Source: Tortispora ganteri (Eukaryota). Taken from it: 55,499 bases of DNA. The notes under the pieces are model-generated. The model was not told the DNA's origin and searched no databases. It saw only the letters and a list, made by a program, of their open reading frames with translations. The first letter of the stretch is position 1. Every line of letters begins with the position of its first letter. The DNA lies in assembly GCA_003707115.1 (NCBI GenBank), contig PPNB01000010.1, positions 248,001 to 303,499 of the forward strand, in the 5' to 3' direction. The position numbers and the translations under genes were made by a program. Positions 1 through 10,872 of the stretch are shown here, one piece after another.

Positions 1-180
1 TTTCAGGCACTCCTTGTAGCTGTAGCAGACTCGACGATAGTCACCTGTAATGTATTTGTTATCTTTACGCCATGGTTCGAGGTTGTCCCAGGAAACAAGT
101 TGCGACGTTGAATGTTGTTCTACGTTTAGCGATTCAAGCGGGCTATCTTTGGCCGTTTGCATTCTCGTACGAACTGCCAT
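1..180 (-). CDS. PAQR/IZH-family (adiponectin-receptor-like) membrane protein, 5' part only; runs off the left edge
   Basis: Manual translation from ATG at 180 gives MAVRTRMQTAKDSPLESLNVEQHSTSQLVSWDNLEPWRKDNKYITGDYRRVCYSYKECLK, matching the PAQR N-terminal pattern W..L..W..DN.YI..xYR....S...C. Absent from the ORF track because it is truncated. Confidence 0.85.
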   Translation of the reverse strand, partial: MAVRTRMQTAKDSPLESLNVEQHSTSQLVSWDNLEPWRKDNKYITGDYRRVCYSYKECLK

Positions 181-3042
181 ATTGAGTGCACAAAGAAAAA
201 CAAGATATGCGATGTAAATGGGCGGGTAGGAGACAAACTAACTGTTTTAGTGTAACAGTGGTCTAAGTGATTCCGATAAGGTTAAAGGTGCGAGAGCTAT
301 TACTGAGCGAAGGCTGATTACAAAATTGTCGAACGCAGTGTTAGCAGGAAACAATGATGATATAGCGACAATTTATATTTGGCAAAAATTGAACAAAATA
401 ATAGGTAATGATTACATGCTATGATTGATCTGAGTTCTTACTGATGAGGTTGGGGACGTAGATAGTTCTAATACAATGACTTGGGCTGTGAACTGCTCTA
501 AACTCCTATAAACTAATGCAAAACCCGATTAGACTTGTAGAGAAAAATAGTCAATAGCATTGTAACTGTCTATGTAAAACAAGAACAATGTTTATAGGGT
601 GGTGGGAGTGCAGAGTCATTATAGTATTATACTCAATGAGCCAACTATATGAGCTGTGTAACGTTATTGTTGTACATTAGGAAGTTCAGCTCAAACGTTC
701 ATATTATCATTACGGTGCCAGTCTATGTAGTCAAACTAGAAATTCAACTATTAAAATAGTGAATATTAAAATAATATATGTCAATAAGGCTTGAAACAAG
801 ACTATTCAGCTAAATCGATATTGATCTAAACGCGCCTGTTATGCACGCATTCTGAGACACTTTACTTGTGTCATTAACATTAAGGTTTTTTATACAATTA
901 CAGGCGGTGAACTAAAATAAGAAAAGCACGGAAAATGACAGCCAATAACGCACATTTTAAAAGTCTAGATCATTTACCTGCACATTTAAGATAAAGTAAT
1001 AACCCCAAAAAGTCACTGTCAGCTAAAGGCGGCTGATATGTTTTAGATGGTTATGTTAAGACTTATACAGAGTCGTAGAGTATACTAAAAGTGCGAAATA
1101 CGAAACAATACCTATTTATACGAATCTCCGTTGTTTATAATAGTCTCTTAGCGCTTCAAATATTATTAAATCTATCATAAATGAGGCTGTGAAAATTGAA
1201 AAGCAAACAATTAGTGATTTTAGGAGTTTGAAAATGACATTCCAGCGTGAACTTAATAATAGTTAAGATTTTCGTCACTTAAGAGCATCTCATATTAGTT
1301 TGAAGAGACAATAGATCTTGAATTAGACTAACTGTTAAGAAAATGCGTGCACATTTTGCGCAGTTTATCTCAATTAAATAGTGATGTTAGTCTCGACCAT
1401 CGGTGAAACAGATCATAATTAGGTAAAATAGCCGCTAAAATCTTTGTTGCGAATCGTTGGAATTAGGCCAAGAACTGATGCATTAATTAGGAAAAAATCG
1501 GAGAATGAATTTATTGCCAGACATAATGCTTCGGCTATACAATAGCTGTGTTCATATAAACCTATTTAACTCGATCAAAATGTTGATCACCACACACGAA
1601 CTGTCTGTTCCATTTGCTTTTACCTTAGAGACTTACTTGTGCATAATATTGAACCAGCTCGTCTACTTCAGCAGTTTCATAGCTATAATCTAAACTTTCA
1701 AACTAACTAATCAACCTTGCCTAAATGTGCAATTCGTTTACTCAATGAAAGTGTAATGTGAAGTACATTTGGGACCGGATCGTGATGTACGTTACTTCAT
1801 TATTTTTTGATGTCCCGTGGCTCACGAGGATCAGCTGTCAGCCAATGAATGAATCGCTAACTGAGGTGCGCTTTTGCATTCTATTTCTTTTTTTTATAGC
1901 TTTCCTCTAATGTGTAGATTTATTTTTTTTTGTATTTATTAAGCCACAGAACATATAAATTAATTAAATATTATTAATTGCAGTATTGCACCTTTACGAG
2001 GGCGGTTCCGTGATAGATACAGTCTTCTGAACCGGGACCGTGAGGCGCTCACGATGGGCAATCCCACTGCCTCTTGTGAGCTCCGATATTTAGACTTCTT
2101 TCAAAGTTTGTCGCTTATTCGCGAAAAGCCTCAAAAGATTTCATAGCATGGCGTATTCGCGTGCTTTCGGACACAGGCGGGTAAATAAAGAAATAATGTA
2201 CACTTTGTCCGCATGAGGTCTCATCCGTAAGTATGTATTAAGTTCGGGCGCAATAAACCATCTTTAGCCACTCACAGCAAATAAGATACTTATGACGCTG
2301 TATACGCTGTATACGCTGTGTACGTTATAAAGAGCTTATTAAGTATTATGTTAAAATCCGTTAATTTAACCAATCTTACGCGGCATAGCCTGTATTCTGC
2401 GCGTAAAATCGAATTTCGGTAATCGTAATGCGATCTCAGTGTCTCTGAACAAAAACAGTAGACGAATATAGACCAAAACTTACACTTCACGTAAGAGTTT
2501 CACGCGGATGAAATCGATAAAGTAATGCCAAAGTGCGGCCCAAAACGTCAAGTACATCAACTTTGTTGCTAACGCTGAAATGAGGGCGGTTCGATCGGAC
2601 CAGAACCTCCGAGTTCTATCAAACTTAAAATAAATAACCTTCTCAATAAATAGACTATAGAACAACGTTAAGTCATCCGCCAATATGCCTATAACGGTTC
2701 ATCCGCCCTTCATACCAGCTTGCAAAATCCTGGAAACAGTAAGTGTAATTTTCATCACTTTCTTATGCATTTGTATATGTGAAATATAAACTTGCCTCTC
2801 ATGATTGTGAGCCTTACTTCAGTGTTGCCTGTAAATGGGTACAAATATCTTGATTAGAATCGAAGAAGTTTATGAACAACAGAATAACCTTAATTGCTTC
2901 CAGAAGCATTCTATGCTTAATTGCCGCCTCGGAACAGCACCTTGTAATAACAGAACAATAATGTTAATAGAATTTTAATTATTGTAGAAAAACTCAATAA
3001 ACGGAAGGTTTCAAACTCCGACTAATGTACGCCCTGATACAT

Positions 3043-3050
3043 ATATAAAA
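3043..3050 (+). promoter_or_regulatory. TATA box of the adhesin gene
   Basis: ATATAAAA about 50 nt upstream of the likely ATG at 3099. Confidence 0.55.
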
Positions 3051-3098
3051 GAGGGCCAAAAAACTCATATGTCCTTCACTGATAACTCCTCAAGTACC

Positions 3099-5384
3099 AT
3101 GAAGAGCTATAATATCTTATTAGCTGCAGCAGCCTCTGCTTTCCCGCTTTTCGGTAACAAACAAGAGACCGAAACAGTAGTGGTGAAAACAGTAACCGAA
3201 ACTGAGACTCTCACTGCAGTCTGTACTCCACCAGTCTTTACCTCTGTCGTATATGAACAGTCTTATTGTCCTTGCACTACTTCTGGAGTGTACACAGGTT
3301 ATGACAATACTTGCAAAGAAACAACTGCAACATATGCTGAGCCTAGTGCATACGTATGTGGTTGCACCCCAGCCACCATGACAGTCACCTGCTCCACTGC
3401 AACAACATACGAAAAGGTAACTGTCACTAACGGAGGAACAGCAACTGGCACATATGTCTGGAATCCCAAAACTCCTATCACTGAACAAGAGACAATTGTA
3501 TATAGTACCAAGTATTCCACTTACTACTATGATACAACATCTATTGTCATTCCTCAGCCAACCCCTATTATCATCACCTCTTCCGTCACTGTGCAGGTAC
3601 CTGGCCAGGCCACGACATTGATCGAAACAGTTACGGACAAGCCAATACCAGAAGGTACAACGTCTAAGGGTGAAACAGTTGCCCCATCTTTCGTCCCTGA
3701 ACATACCACTGATACAAATATTGGCAAATTATCAACTACTCAAGGCCAAGATACCACTGCGATCGAATCGACTCATCCTCATCCATCGATTTCAGAGTCT
3801 AGCGAATCATCAACGACTGAAGTCAAAGAGAGCATTGCAATCGAATCGACTCATCCTCATCCAACAATTTCAGAGTCTATCGAATCATCAACGACTGAAG
3901 TCAAAGAGAGCATTGCAATCGAATCGACTTATCCTCATCCATCGATTCCAGAGTCTAGCAAATCATCAACGACCCAAGGCAAAGAGAGCATTGCGATCGA
4001 ATCAACTTATCCTCATCCATCGATTTCAGAATCTAGTAAAGCATCAACGACTCAAGGCAAAGAGAGCATTGCGATCGAATCGACCCGTCCGCATCCATCT
4101 ATTCCAAATACCAGCAAATCATCATCTACCCGAGATAGAGATATCATTAATGTCGAGTCGAAACCTCCTCGTCCGTTGGAACCAGAGACGAGCAAACCAG
4201 TCATTTTTTCAAAGCCTTACGGTAATAGCACTTCCTCCATAGTTGTGCCTGATAAAAACAAAGAAAGTTCTAGTCCGTCACCTTCTCCTAGCCCGTCTCC
4301 TTCGCCTAGTCCTTCGCCTTCGCCCTCGCCTTCTCCTAGCCCTTCGCCCTCGCCTAGTCCGTCTCCTTCGCCTAGCCCTTCGCCTTCGCCTAGTCCGTCT
4401 CCTTCGCCTAGCCCTTCGCCTTCGCCTAGCCCTTCGCCTTCGCCTAGCCCTTCGCCTTCGCCTAGCCCTTCGCCTAGTCCTTCGCCTTCGCCTAGTCCTT
4501 CGCCTTCGCCTAGTCCTTCGCCTAGTCCGTCACCTTCTCCTAGTCCGTCACCTTCTCCTAGTCCGTCACCTTCTCCTAGCCCGTCACCTTCGCCTTCACC
4601 TTCGCCTTCGCCCTCGCCTAGTCCTTCGCCTTCGCCCTCGCCCTCGCCTAGTCCTTCGCCTTCACCTTCGCCTAGTCCTTCTCCTTCGCCTTCTCCTTCG
4701 CCTTCGCCTAGTCCTTCTCCTAGCCCTTCACCAAGCTCATCTTCAGAGTACGTCATACCGTCTAGCACAGCACCTGATAGCTGCGGCACCGCAACACCGC
4801 TTTGCGATGCCAGTGGACTTGACCTCCAACAATACTGGACAACTTGGTTGTACGACTTTAATGCAGAGGACATGAAAAGTGGTTACCGTGAGAAAACTTT
4901 CAAAGGTGCACAATCAAACACAGGCATCAATGAAATCAACCAACCGTTTGTGGAGTTGCCAAGAGGTACAAAAGTGAACCCGTTTGGCATTTCATTGACG
5001 TACTACTTCAATTCCACATTTGAGTTCACAGGATATTTCGTACCCCCTAAAACTGGAAGATACGAATTGCATACTATTGCAGATGACGGAGTTGCGGTCT
5101 TCATAGGCACGGGAGGAGCATTTGCTTGCGGAGACGTGAATACGCTACCTGGCGGAGAACCAGTGGTACAATCGCTAGTGTTCACTGAGCCGTACTCATC
5201 TGGCGGTATTTACCTATCAGCAGACGTTGCATATCCAATCCGTATTGTCTGGTACAACCGCGACAATCGGTACGGGCTCATTCTCGGATGGACGATCCCT
5301 GGTGTGGGTGCCAACATAACCGACATGTCTGGCTATTTTTATCCAAGTACATGCACCTTGGGCACGAAGAAGTTCCAAGTATGA
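3099..5384 (+). CDS. Secreted adhesin/flocculin-like protein with C-terminal PA14/GLEYA lectin-like domain
   Basis: Signal-peptide-like start [14 protein letters not shown] (ATG 3099; an upstream in-frame ATG lies at 3069), then a Cys/Thr-rich region, 26-aa repeats and an SP stalk. The C-terminus has PA14/GLEYA motifs [19 protein letters not shown] and YPIRIVWYN. No GPI signal at the end (…LGTKKFQV). Confidence 0.85.
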   Translation: MKSYNILLAAAASAFPLFGNKQETETVVVKTVTETETLTAVCTPPVFTSVVYEQSYCPCTTSGVYTGYDNTCKETTATYAEPSAYVCGCTPATMTVTCSTATTYEKVTVTNGGTATGTYVWNPKTPITEQETIVYSTKYSTYYYDTTSIVIPQPTPIIITSSVTVQVPGQATTLIETVTDKPIPEGTTSKGETVAPSFVPEHTTDTNIGKLSTTQGQDTTAIESTHPHPSISESSESSTTEVKESIAIESTHPHPTISESIESSTTEVKESIAIESTYPHPSIPESSKSSTTQGKESIAIESTYPHPSISESSKASTTQGKESIAIESTRPHPSIPNTSKSSSTRDRDIINVESKPPRPLEPETSKPVIFSKPYGNSTSSIVVPDKNKESSSPSPSPSPSPSPSPSPSPSPSPSPSPSPSPSPSPSPSPSPSPSPSPSPSPSPSPSPSPSPSPSPSPSPSPSPSPSPSPSPSPSPSPSPSPSPSPSPSPSPSPSPSPSPSPSPSPSPSPSPSPSPSPSPSPSPSPSPSPSPSPSPSPSPSPSPSPSSSSEYVIPSSTAPDSCGTATPLCDASGLDLQQYWTTWLYDFNAEDMKSGYREKTFKGAQSNTGINEINQPFVELPRGTKVNPFGISLTYYFNSTFEFTGYFVPPKTGRYELHTIADDGVAVFIGTGGAFACGDVNTLPGGEPVVQSLVFTEPYSSGGIYLSADVAYPIRIVWYNRDNRYGLILGWTIPGVGANITDMSGYFYPSTCTLGTKKFQV
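3759..4148 (+). repeat. Coding minisatellite, five 78-bp units (AIESTxPHPSIxESSxSSTTxxKESI)
   Basis: Units start at 3759, 3837, 3915, 3993 and 4071, with degenerate flanking copies. Confidence 0.95.
4272..4733 (+). repeat. Ser-Pro dipeptide repeat, 77 copies (6-bp period, mixed synonymous codons)
   Basis: 462 nt of TCG/AGT/AGC/TCT/TCA codons alternating with CCN, with no amino-acid interruption. Confidence 0.97.
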
Positions 5385-5941
5385 TAAATTAATTTCTTTT
5401 CTTGTATTGCATAGTACTATTTATTTTTGATATTTATAATTGATTATACTGTATCTTGAAGTATTTAAGTTGTAGTGGCGTGATGAGGTAGATGTTTTTG
5501 TTAATTGTCACGAGGGAACACGTAAGGGGCAATAATAATAACGCGAATTGTCGCCAATTCTAGAAGTACGCTAGAAGCTGCGTACACATTCGGCAAGAAA
5601 CATTAATGGTATACCGATACAATATTTGCAGATCACACAAACATTCGGTGCTATTCTGTTGGTAATCGCAGCAGGCATTCTGACCAGAATATACCGCTTC
5701 GCGCCCCCTGTCCCACTTTGAGCTAAGAACAAATTGCGCGGCTAGGAGTATAAGCCTCATTTCCTTGGAAAAACTAATTAGAAACCTGTTTCGTAGTCGC
5801 ATAAAGTTTTAGAAAGTCTTAATGCCTTTGATACATTGCATTAAATGATAGCTGCACTAAATGCCATACAGTGTCTGTATAAAACGCGACCATATTCTTA
5901 TGGGCCGATTATCTAGCACCGGCCGGATAAAAGCGATCGCG

Positions 5942-6390
5942 TATAAATGCTGTCCATTACTGTTAGTTGCATTTAATTCAGTGGTTCTTTTTAGAGAAGG
6001 CGAGCACGAGGAAGAGATGATTGATGACACAGACACATTCACTTATGTCGGCACACCGCCAGTGTTCACGTCTATGGTGTTTGCACATTCGTTCTGTGCC
6101 TGCATTACACCGAACGTCTATGTCAAATACAATGGAAATGTTCGAATAGATAACAGTGACATTTTATGATTGGCAAGCGTACGGCTGACGCTGCAGTCCC
6201 ATTACCTTGGCTGTCTGTCACCTGCTTGATGCTGACTATCTTCGAACATACGGCTTTCCGACAAGCAAGTACTGATGGAACCCCGAATGTAATATCAGCG
6301 AGTACGAGGACATCGTAAACAGCTTACATTAATCGAAATTCTACTACCACACAGCTTTCATGGTCATACACATCCCACTCCAATTATCAA
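5942..6390 (+). pseudogene. Decayed tandem duplicate of the 5' part of the adhesin gene
   Basis: DTDTFTYVGTPPVFTSMVFAHSFCACITPNVY aligns to adhesin [32 protein letters not shown]. After frameshifts, AYG*RCSPITLAV aligns to [13 protein letters not shown] (TGA 6186-6188), WNPECNISEYEDIVNSLH*SKFYY to [24 protein letters not shown] (TAA 6330-6332), and HPTPII to QPTPII. Confidence 0.9.
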
Positions 6391-6642
6391 TAAGGTCATG
6401 ATCCCGAAATCGACAATTAGCCGTCGCATACCTTCCGCAATAAATCGGTCAGCAAAACACGGCGGATGGACGAAGGCGTGGCAATATCTATCTGCAAGTG
6501 GGTTTCGCGTACTCGATCCGACAATATGACCGGATACTTCCTATGCTGCATCGTGCCTGCTGCAAGGCTTAGGATAACCTTGCGGCTGATACAGGCCGTT
6601 GGGCATATGTCAGCCGCACAGTGCCTAGAAAGTGCCTCTTAG

Positions 6643-7365
6643 ATGAGCGAGCAAGCACCTACAAGACGCAGCCATCCGCGGTCGATAAGCAAGGATGAGC
6701 TCGCGTATGGGCTTGTTTCGCGCGGAGAAAAGCGGCTAAAAAACAGGAAAGCGCAACTGGCACTGTTTGACGAGATTAAGGCGGTAACTGATCCGGCTGT
6801 TCGCCAACGTAAACTCCGCGTACTCCGTGAAGCCGTCGTGTCCAATGGGGTAGTGGACCAGTTGCTAAAGGACGTCCTATTTTATACCGTAGACACTAGT
6901 TTTCCGCGCGGCGACAGCGACAGTTATGTGCCGGCTATGACTAGACTACTGTACGAAGTGCACCCGGTCATGCCATTAAGTGACAGCGAGCTCCAGAATA
7001 TGGTTTCGCGTTACCTGATCCACCTCATACACTGTACTGGGCGGCTTGAAGATGTTATGGGTCTGATGAACATCTTCTGGAATCATGCTACAGAAGATGC
7101 AATGTTGTTCCTCGACGCCTGGGTGGAACGGGACTATGTGCGCTGGAGAGAGCTTAAACACAAGTATGTCGATTCAGACTGGGCAGCAACTATTTCTAAA
7201 GGCGATAATACAATACAGAAATGGGCGCAATCGGCAATATCTGTCAGCTATTTCGTCTTGCCGCGGTCCTGCTTGGTTCAACGCCTAGGTACAGAATCAA
7301 ACTGGCCTACATCTTGGGTAACAGACGGCGATACAATTGTAATAAGGCAACGGAAATCTAAGTAG
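6643..7365 (+). CDS. Conserved fungal protein, probable PCI-like (CSN8/PSMD8/eIF3K-type) helical domain
   Basis: 240-aa ORF. LRVLREAVVS, YVPAMTRLL and C-terminal WVTDGDTIVIR resemble this fungal family (recognised from memory). Confidence 0.55.
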   Translation: MSEQAPTRRSHPRSISKDELAYGLVSRGEKRLKNRKAQLALFDEIKAVTDPAVRQRKLRVLREAVVSNGVVDQLLKDVLFYTVDTSFPRGDSDSYVPAMTRLLYEVHPVMPLSDSELQNMVSRYLIHLIHCTGRLEDVMGLMNIFWNHATEDAMLFLDAWVERDYVRWRELKHKYVDSDWAATISKGDNTIQKWAQSAISVSYFVLPRSCLVQRLGTESNWPTSWVTDGDTIVIRQRKSK

Positions 7366-7385
7366 CTAAATTTGTTTTGATTTCA

Positions 7386-7636
<251 letters not shown>

Positions 7637-7680
7637 TTCTTGCTCGTGGTGGTGGTTTTGGCTGGGAAACCCTGCGTTTG

Positions 7681-7688
7681 CAGTCACA
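7681..7688 (+). promoter_or_regulatory. Homol-D box upstream of TMA7
   Basis: Exact CAGTCACA 45 nt upstream of the TMA7 ATG; the same motif precedes RPL32. Confidence 0.6.
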
Positions 7689-7822
7689 CCCAGGTTTCTA
7701 TCTCGAGCTACTGTTACCCCCAAATCAAGAACAAATGCATATGTATAGTACAAGATTAAAAAATGTTTAGCATAAATAAGGGACCTATATTTGGGTCCAT
7801 CACCAATAAAAAAACAACAATA

Positions 7823-9568
7823 TTAACGGCGAACTGTCTCCGCTTCATGAAGAATACCAAGCCCTTGCAGCTCGGAGGGAGTCATGTTGTTCCAGCCGTT
7901 GCTGGCTGCTGTCCTCGCGGATGGTATATGACCTCCAAAATTAAGACGAGTAGGAACAAAATTGATTGACGACTGTAATTCCGCTTCTGCTTCCCGCGTC
8001 ACAGTACGCTGACCATATTCAGCAGGACTTATAGGTGTATGGATCCCGTTATGTACGTAGCTTCTTCGCGGCGGCGTCTTATACGGGTCGACATTCACAT
8101 TCTCCGGCATGTACTTGCCCACTTTTATCGTCACAGGAATGTTCTCTAATTTCACCGCTTCTGATTGTATGCTCTCTTCCTGCGTATTCATAAGTCTTTG
8201 CTGCAGTTTAAATGATGCCGCCTTGACTTGGTGATAGTCTCTCTCCCCATTGCTTCTCGGCGCCACAGACACGGTGTACGGAGTCGTCATTCTAGATGGC
8301 GGAGAATGTCGGGAATGCGCCTTAGCAGACGTAGAAAAAGGTCTTGTCACAGAGCCAGCAGCACAGTTACGCTCAAACGGTGCTTGAGGAGTCTTCGGCG
8401 TGTACCCTTGAGGTGTAGCAATAACTTTCTGAGGTGTACGAGGTTCATAGGAGCATTGGTCCAACGAAAATTTATGCGGCTGTTGTGGACGCGTTTGCGG
8501 GTAGTTATATCTATTCGCATGCTGTTCTCCGCGGCATGTCCGTGGATTTATTGTGCGTGCAGATAAATATCGTGGTGTGACTGTAAATTCGGGACACTGT
8601 ATTACCAGACGGCGTAGTTCAGGCAGTGATATACGCCGTAGAGGATTAGGCTCAAAAATGCGAACCAAAATAGCAAGAGATGAGCTCGTCAGAGGTAATA
8701 TAGATAATAAGAATGCAGAATTGTGGAGAAATGCGGAATATGCTTCGTCAGACTCGGGGCTGGCTTTCTTCCAAGGATTACGACCGCAAGCGAGGTTTAT
8801 AAATATGACACCAAGTGACCAAACATCGTTAGCAGCAGAATTAAATGGTAGTGAAGTGTCTATTGCGCAGTTGTTTGCATGCTTCGGTGAATGCTTAGGC
8901 GATGTAGATTTGGATGAAGGAGGCGATAGAGCAGATATGGTATTTGTATTAAGAGATGAAGGGGAAGGTTCGTTAGAACTTGGTTGAAAAGAGTTCAAAC
9001 ATTCAGGAGACATGTAAAACGTTGAACCGCAACCGAAATCGCGAGTTTCCGGAGCTGGCGTAGCCAGACCGAAATCCGTTAACTTCAGGCTATTAGTTCT
9101 TGCACAGTAGAGGATGTTTTCCGGCTTTAAATCTCTATGGTATACTCCTTGTGCATGACAATACTGTACAGCGTCTATTAGCTGTATAAAAGCTCGTCTG
9201 ATAGCATTAGGATCGTGGACAAAAAGGTTGCGCTCAGTTATATTGGTAAATAGGTCGCCATCGGGGCAATATTCCATAATCATGTATACTTCATGCGGTA
9301 CTTCTATAACTTCGAGAAGAGAGACGATGTGAGGATGCTTTGACACTTTTTTGTGCAGTGCAATTTCGATTTTCTGGAATTGGAGTTGTCTTTGGGTAAT
9401 ATCTTTCCGCCGCAAGATTTTTACGGCGAACCTTGACTTTGATACGAGTTCAATGGCAGAGTAGACGGAGCCGTAGCCACCGACACCTAAAACCTGTTCT
9501 AGTTGGTATTTCCCGCCGATTACTTCGCCCAACCTCATAGAAGCCTTCGAAGCGGAGGTTTGAGACAT
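7823..9568 (-). CDS. Ran1/Pat1-family (Sks1/Vhs1-like) Ser/Thr protein kinase
   Basis: Kinase motifs GVGGYG, AVK, HRDLKPEN and DFGLA; RAN-family signatures DFGCGSTFYMSPEC and NLACGRNPWKKA; long disordered C-terminal tail. Confidence 0.93.
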   Translation of the reverse strand: MSQTSASKASMRLGEVIGGKYQLEQVLGVGGYGSVYSAIELVSKSRFAVKILRRKDITQRQLQFQKIEIALHKKVSKHPHIVSLLEVIEVPHEVYMIMEYCPDGDLFTNITERNLFVHDPNAIRRAFIQLIDAVQYCHAQGVYHRDLKPENILYCARTNSLKLTDFGLATPAPETRDFGCGSTFYMSPECLNSFQPSSNEPSPSSLNTNTISALSPPSSKSTSPKHSPKHANNCAIDTSLPFNSAANDVWSLGVIFINLACGRNPWKKASPESDEAYSAFLHNSAFLLSILPLTSSSLAILVRIFEPNPLRRISLPELRRLVIQCPEFTVTPRYLSARTINPRTCRGEQHANRYNYPQTRPQQPHKFSLDQCSYEPRTPQKVIATPQGYTPKTPQAPFERNCAAGSVTRPFSTSAKAHSRHSPPSRMTTPYTVSVAPRSNGERDYHQVKAASFKLQQRLMNTQEESIQSEAVKLENIPVTIKVGKYMPENVNVDPYKTPPRRSYVHNGIHTPISPAEYGQRTVTREAEAELQSSINFVPTRLNFGGHIPSARTAASNGWNNMTPSELQGLGILHEAETVRR

Positions 9569-10872
9569 TGGAGTGAAGAAAATGCAGAATAAAGGGGCTC
9601 ACAGGAAAAAGAGATCAAACTGCTACAAAGCTTGATGGGAGGTTCTGTTGCAACAGTTGATGCAGATAAAGCAATAAAATGATGTGGCAGAATAAGTTAT
9701 AAAGAATGTCAGCAGAAAAACCGCTAGACTTTCGCTTCAAGCGAACGGAGTAAATGTAAGAAATGAAGCGTGGAATCGAATGTGGGTGGAGGAAAAGGCA
9801 AGTCGGTAGTCAATTAGTGTTCGTCAATTAGCTATTCCAAAAGAAGGCTGGGACGGGGAACAGGGCGAGAGGCCTTAGTGTCGGTTCAATAGGCAAAGTT
9901 TGATCAGAAAAAGTATCCAAATCGGAAAGAAGGTTTTCTAAATTTCTCTTTTCAGTAAATTAAATGGTAAATTTTCAGTTCGATCTCGGATTATCAGACT
10001 CACTTTTTATATCCTTAAGGCCGTTTGAAAAAAAGCGAATATGTCGTTCTTGCAGTTCTGTTGAAGGAAAATTTATGCAAATTTGCGTCGATTAATGTAG
10101 AAAGGTACAACTGAGCAGCAAAGTTTGACAGGCCACAAAAAAATAAGAACACTTATTATGGCTAATGGTTCAATGGTCCTCGTCAAAATGTCCGAATTGC
10201 CCTTATAGTAGTTAGGCTGATGAGTTTAATAAAGTTAGTCTTCGGACAAATCGGAACAGCGTGCGAGCAGTTAGATCGCCGATGAGGATGACAAAATTGT
10301 AAAGCGTATGTTTGGTCGGAGTTAAGCGAAACAAACCAATGATCAATTAAAACAAAAAAGCAGCTTTTCGGAGCAGCCAGGATTAGATATAATCGAGACC
10401 AGATTGGCTTTGCTAGGCGTGAAGACAACGATTCAGGCACAAGGTTCTCGGTGTCGTATGAAAAACAATAATTTGAAATGGCAGCCCAGAATTAACACAT
10501 CGTTAAATACTGGGTTGCATGTAGGTGCACCTTATTCTTTGACAGGTTTCGACACGTGTATTCAAAGACAGCAATTCAAATAAACTCGTTTAGAAACACG
10601 TCCGGGCGTTCTTTGAGTAGAAAAATTTCGTACTTTAAGTAGGTTAAAGTTTCAAGCCCATTTTTCGTTGGCCGTTTTGAGGATCCTCACCGACAAGCTC
10701 ACGCTGTTCGGTCATGAGCAAATGTTAAATAGTCAGAATGTACTGTTTGCGATAAGATCGCAAGTTGATTTGAATTATATTGCTGTTAGCTTGTAGTCAT
10801 TGTGAAGTGCGACTTTGGAACTTGGCTAACATTGAAGTTCGTTCTTTAGCTTTGGGATGAGGCGCACAAGTG

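Noticed and set aside
1505..2683. Short ORFs in the AT-rich gap
   Set aside because: They are 62-67 aa with no motifs, consistent with chance.
3759..4148. CRISPR-like regularly spaced repeats
   Set aside because: These are eukaryotic in-frame coding repeats with no unique spacers and no cas genes.
3120..4242. Overlapping ORFs 3120-3704 (-) and 3670-4242 (+)
   Set aside because: Shadow frames of the Thr/Ser-rich repeat region of the adhesin.
4217..4875. Antisense Gly-Glu-rich ORF and alternate-frame Arg-Leu-rich ORF
   Set aside because: They are by-products of the stop-free SP repeat and have no independent coding signal.
5861..6169. 102-aa ORF as an intact gene
   Set aside because: Homology to the adhesin continues past its stop through frameshifts, so it is a pseudogene fragment.
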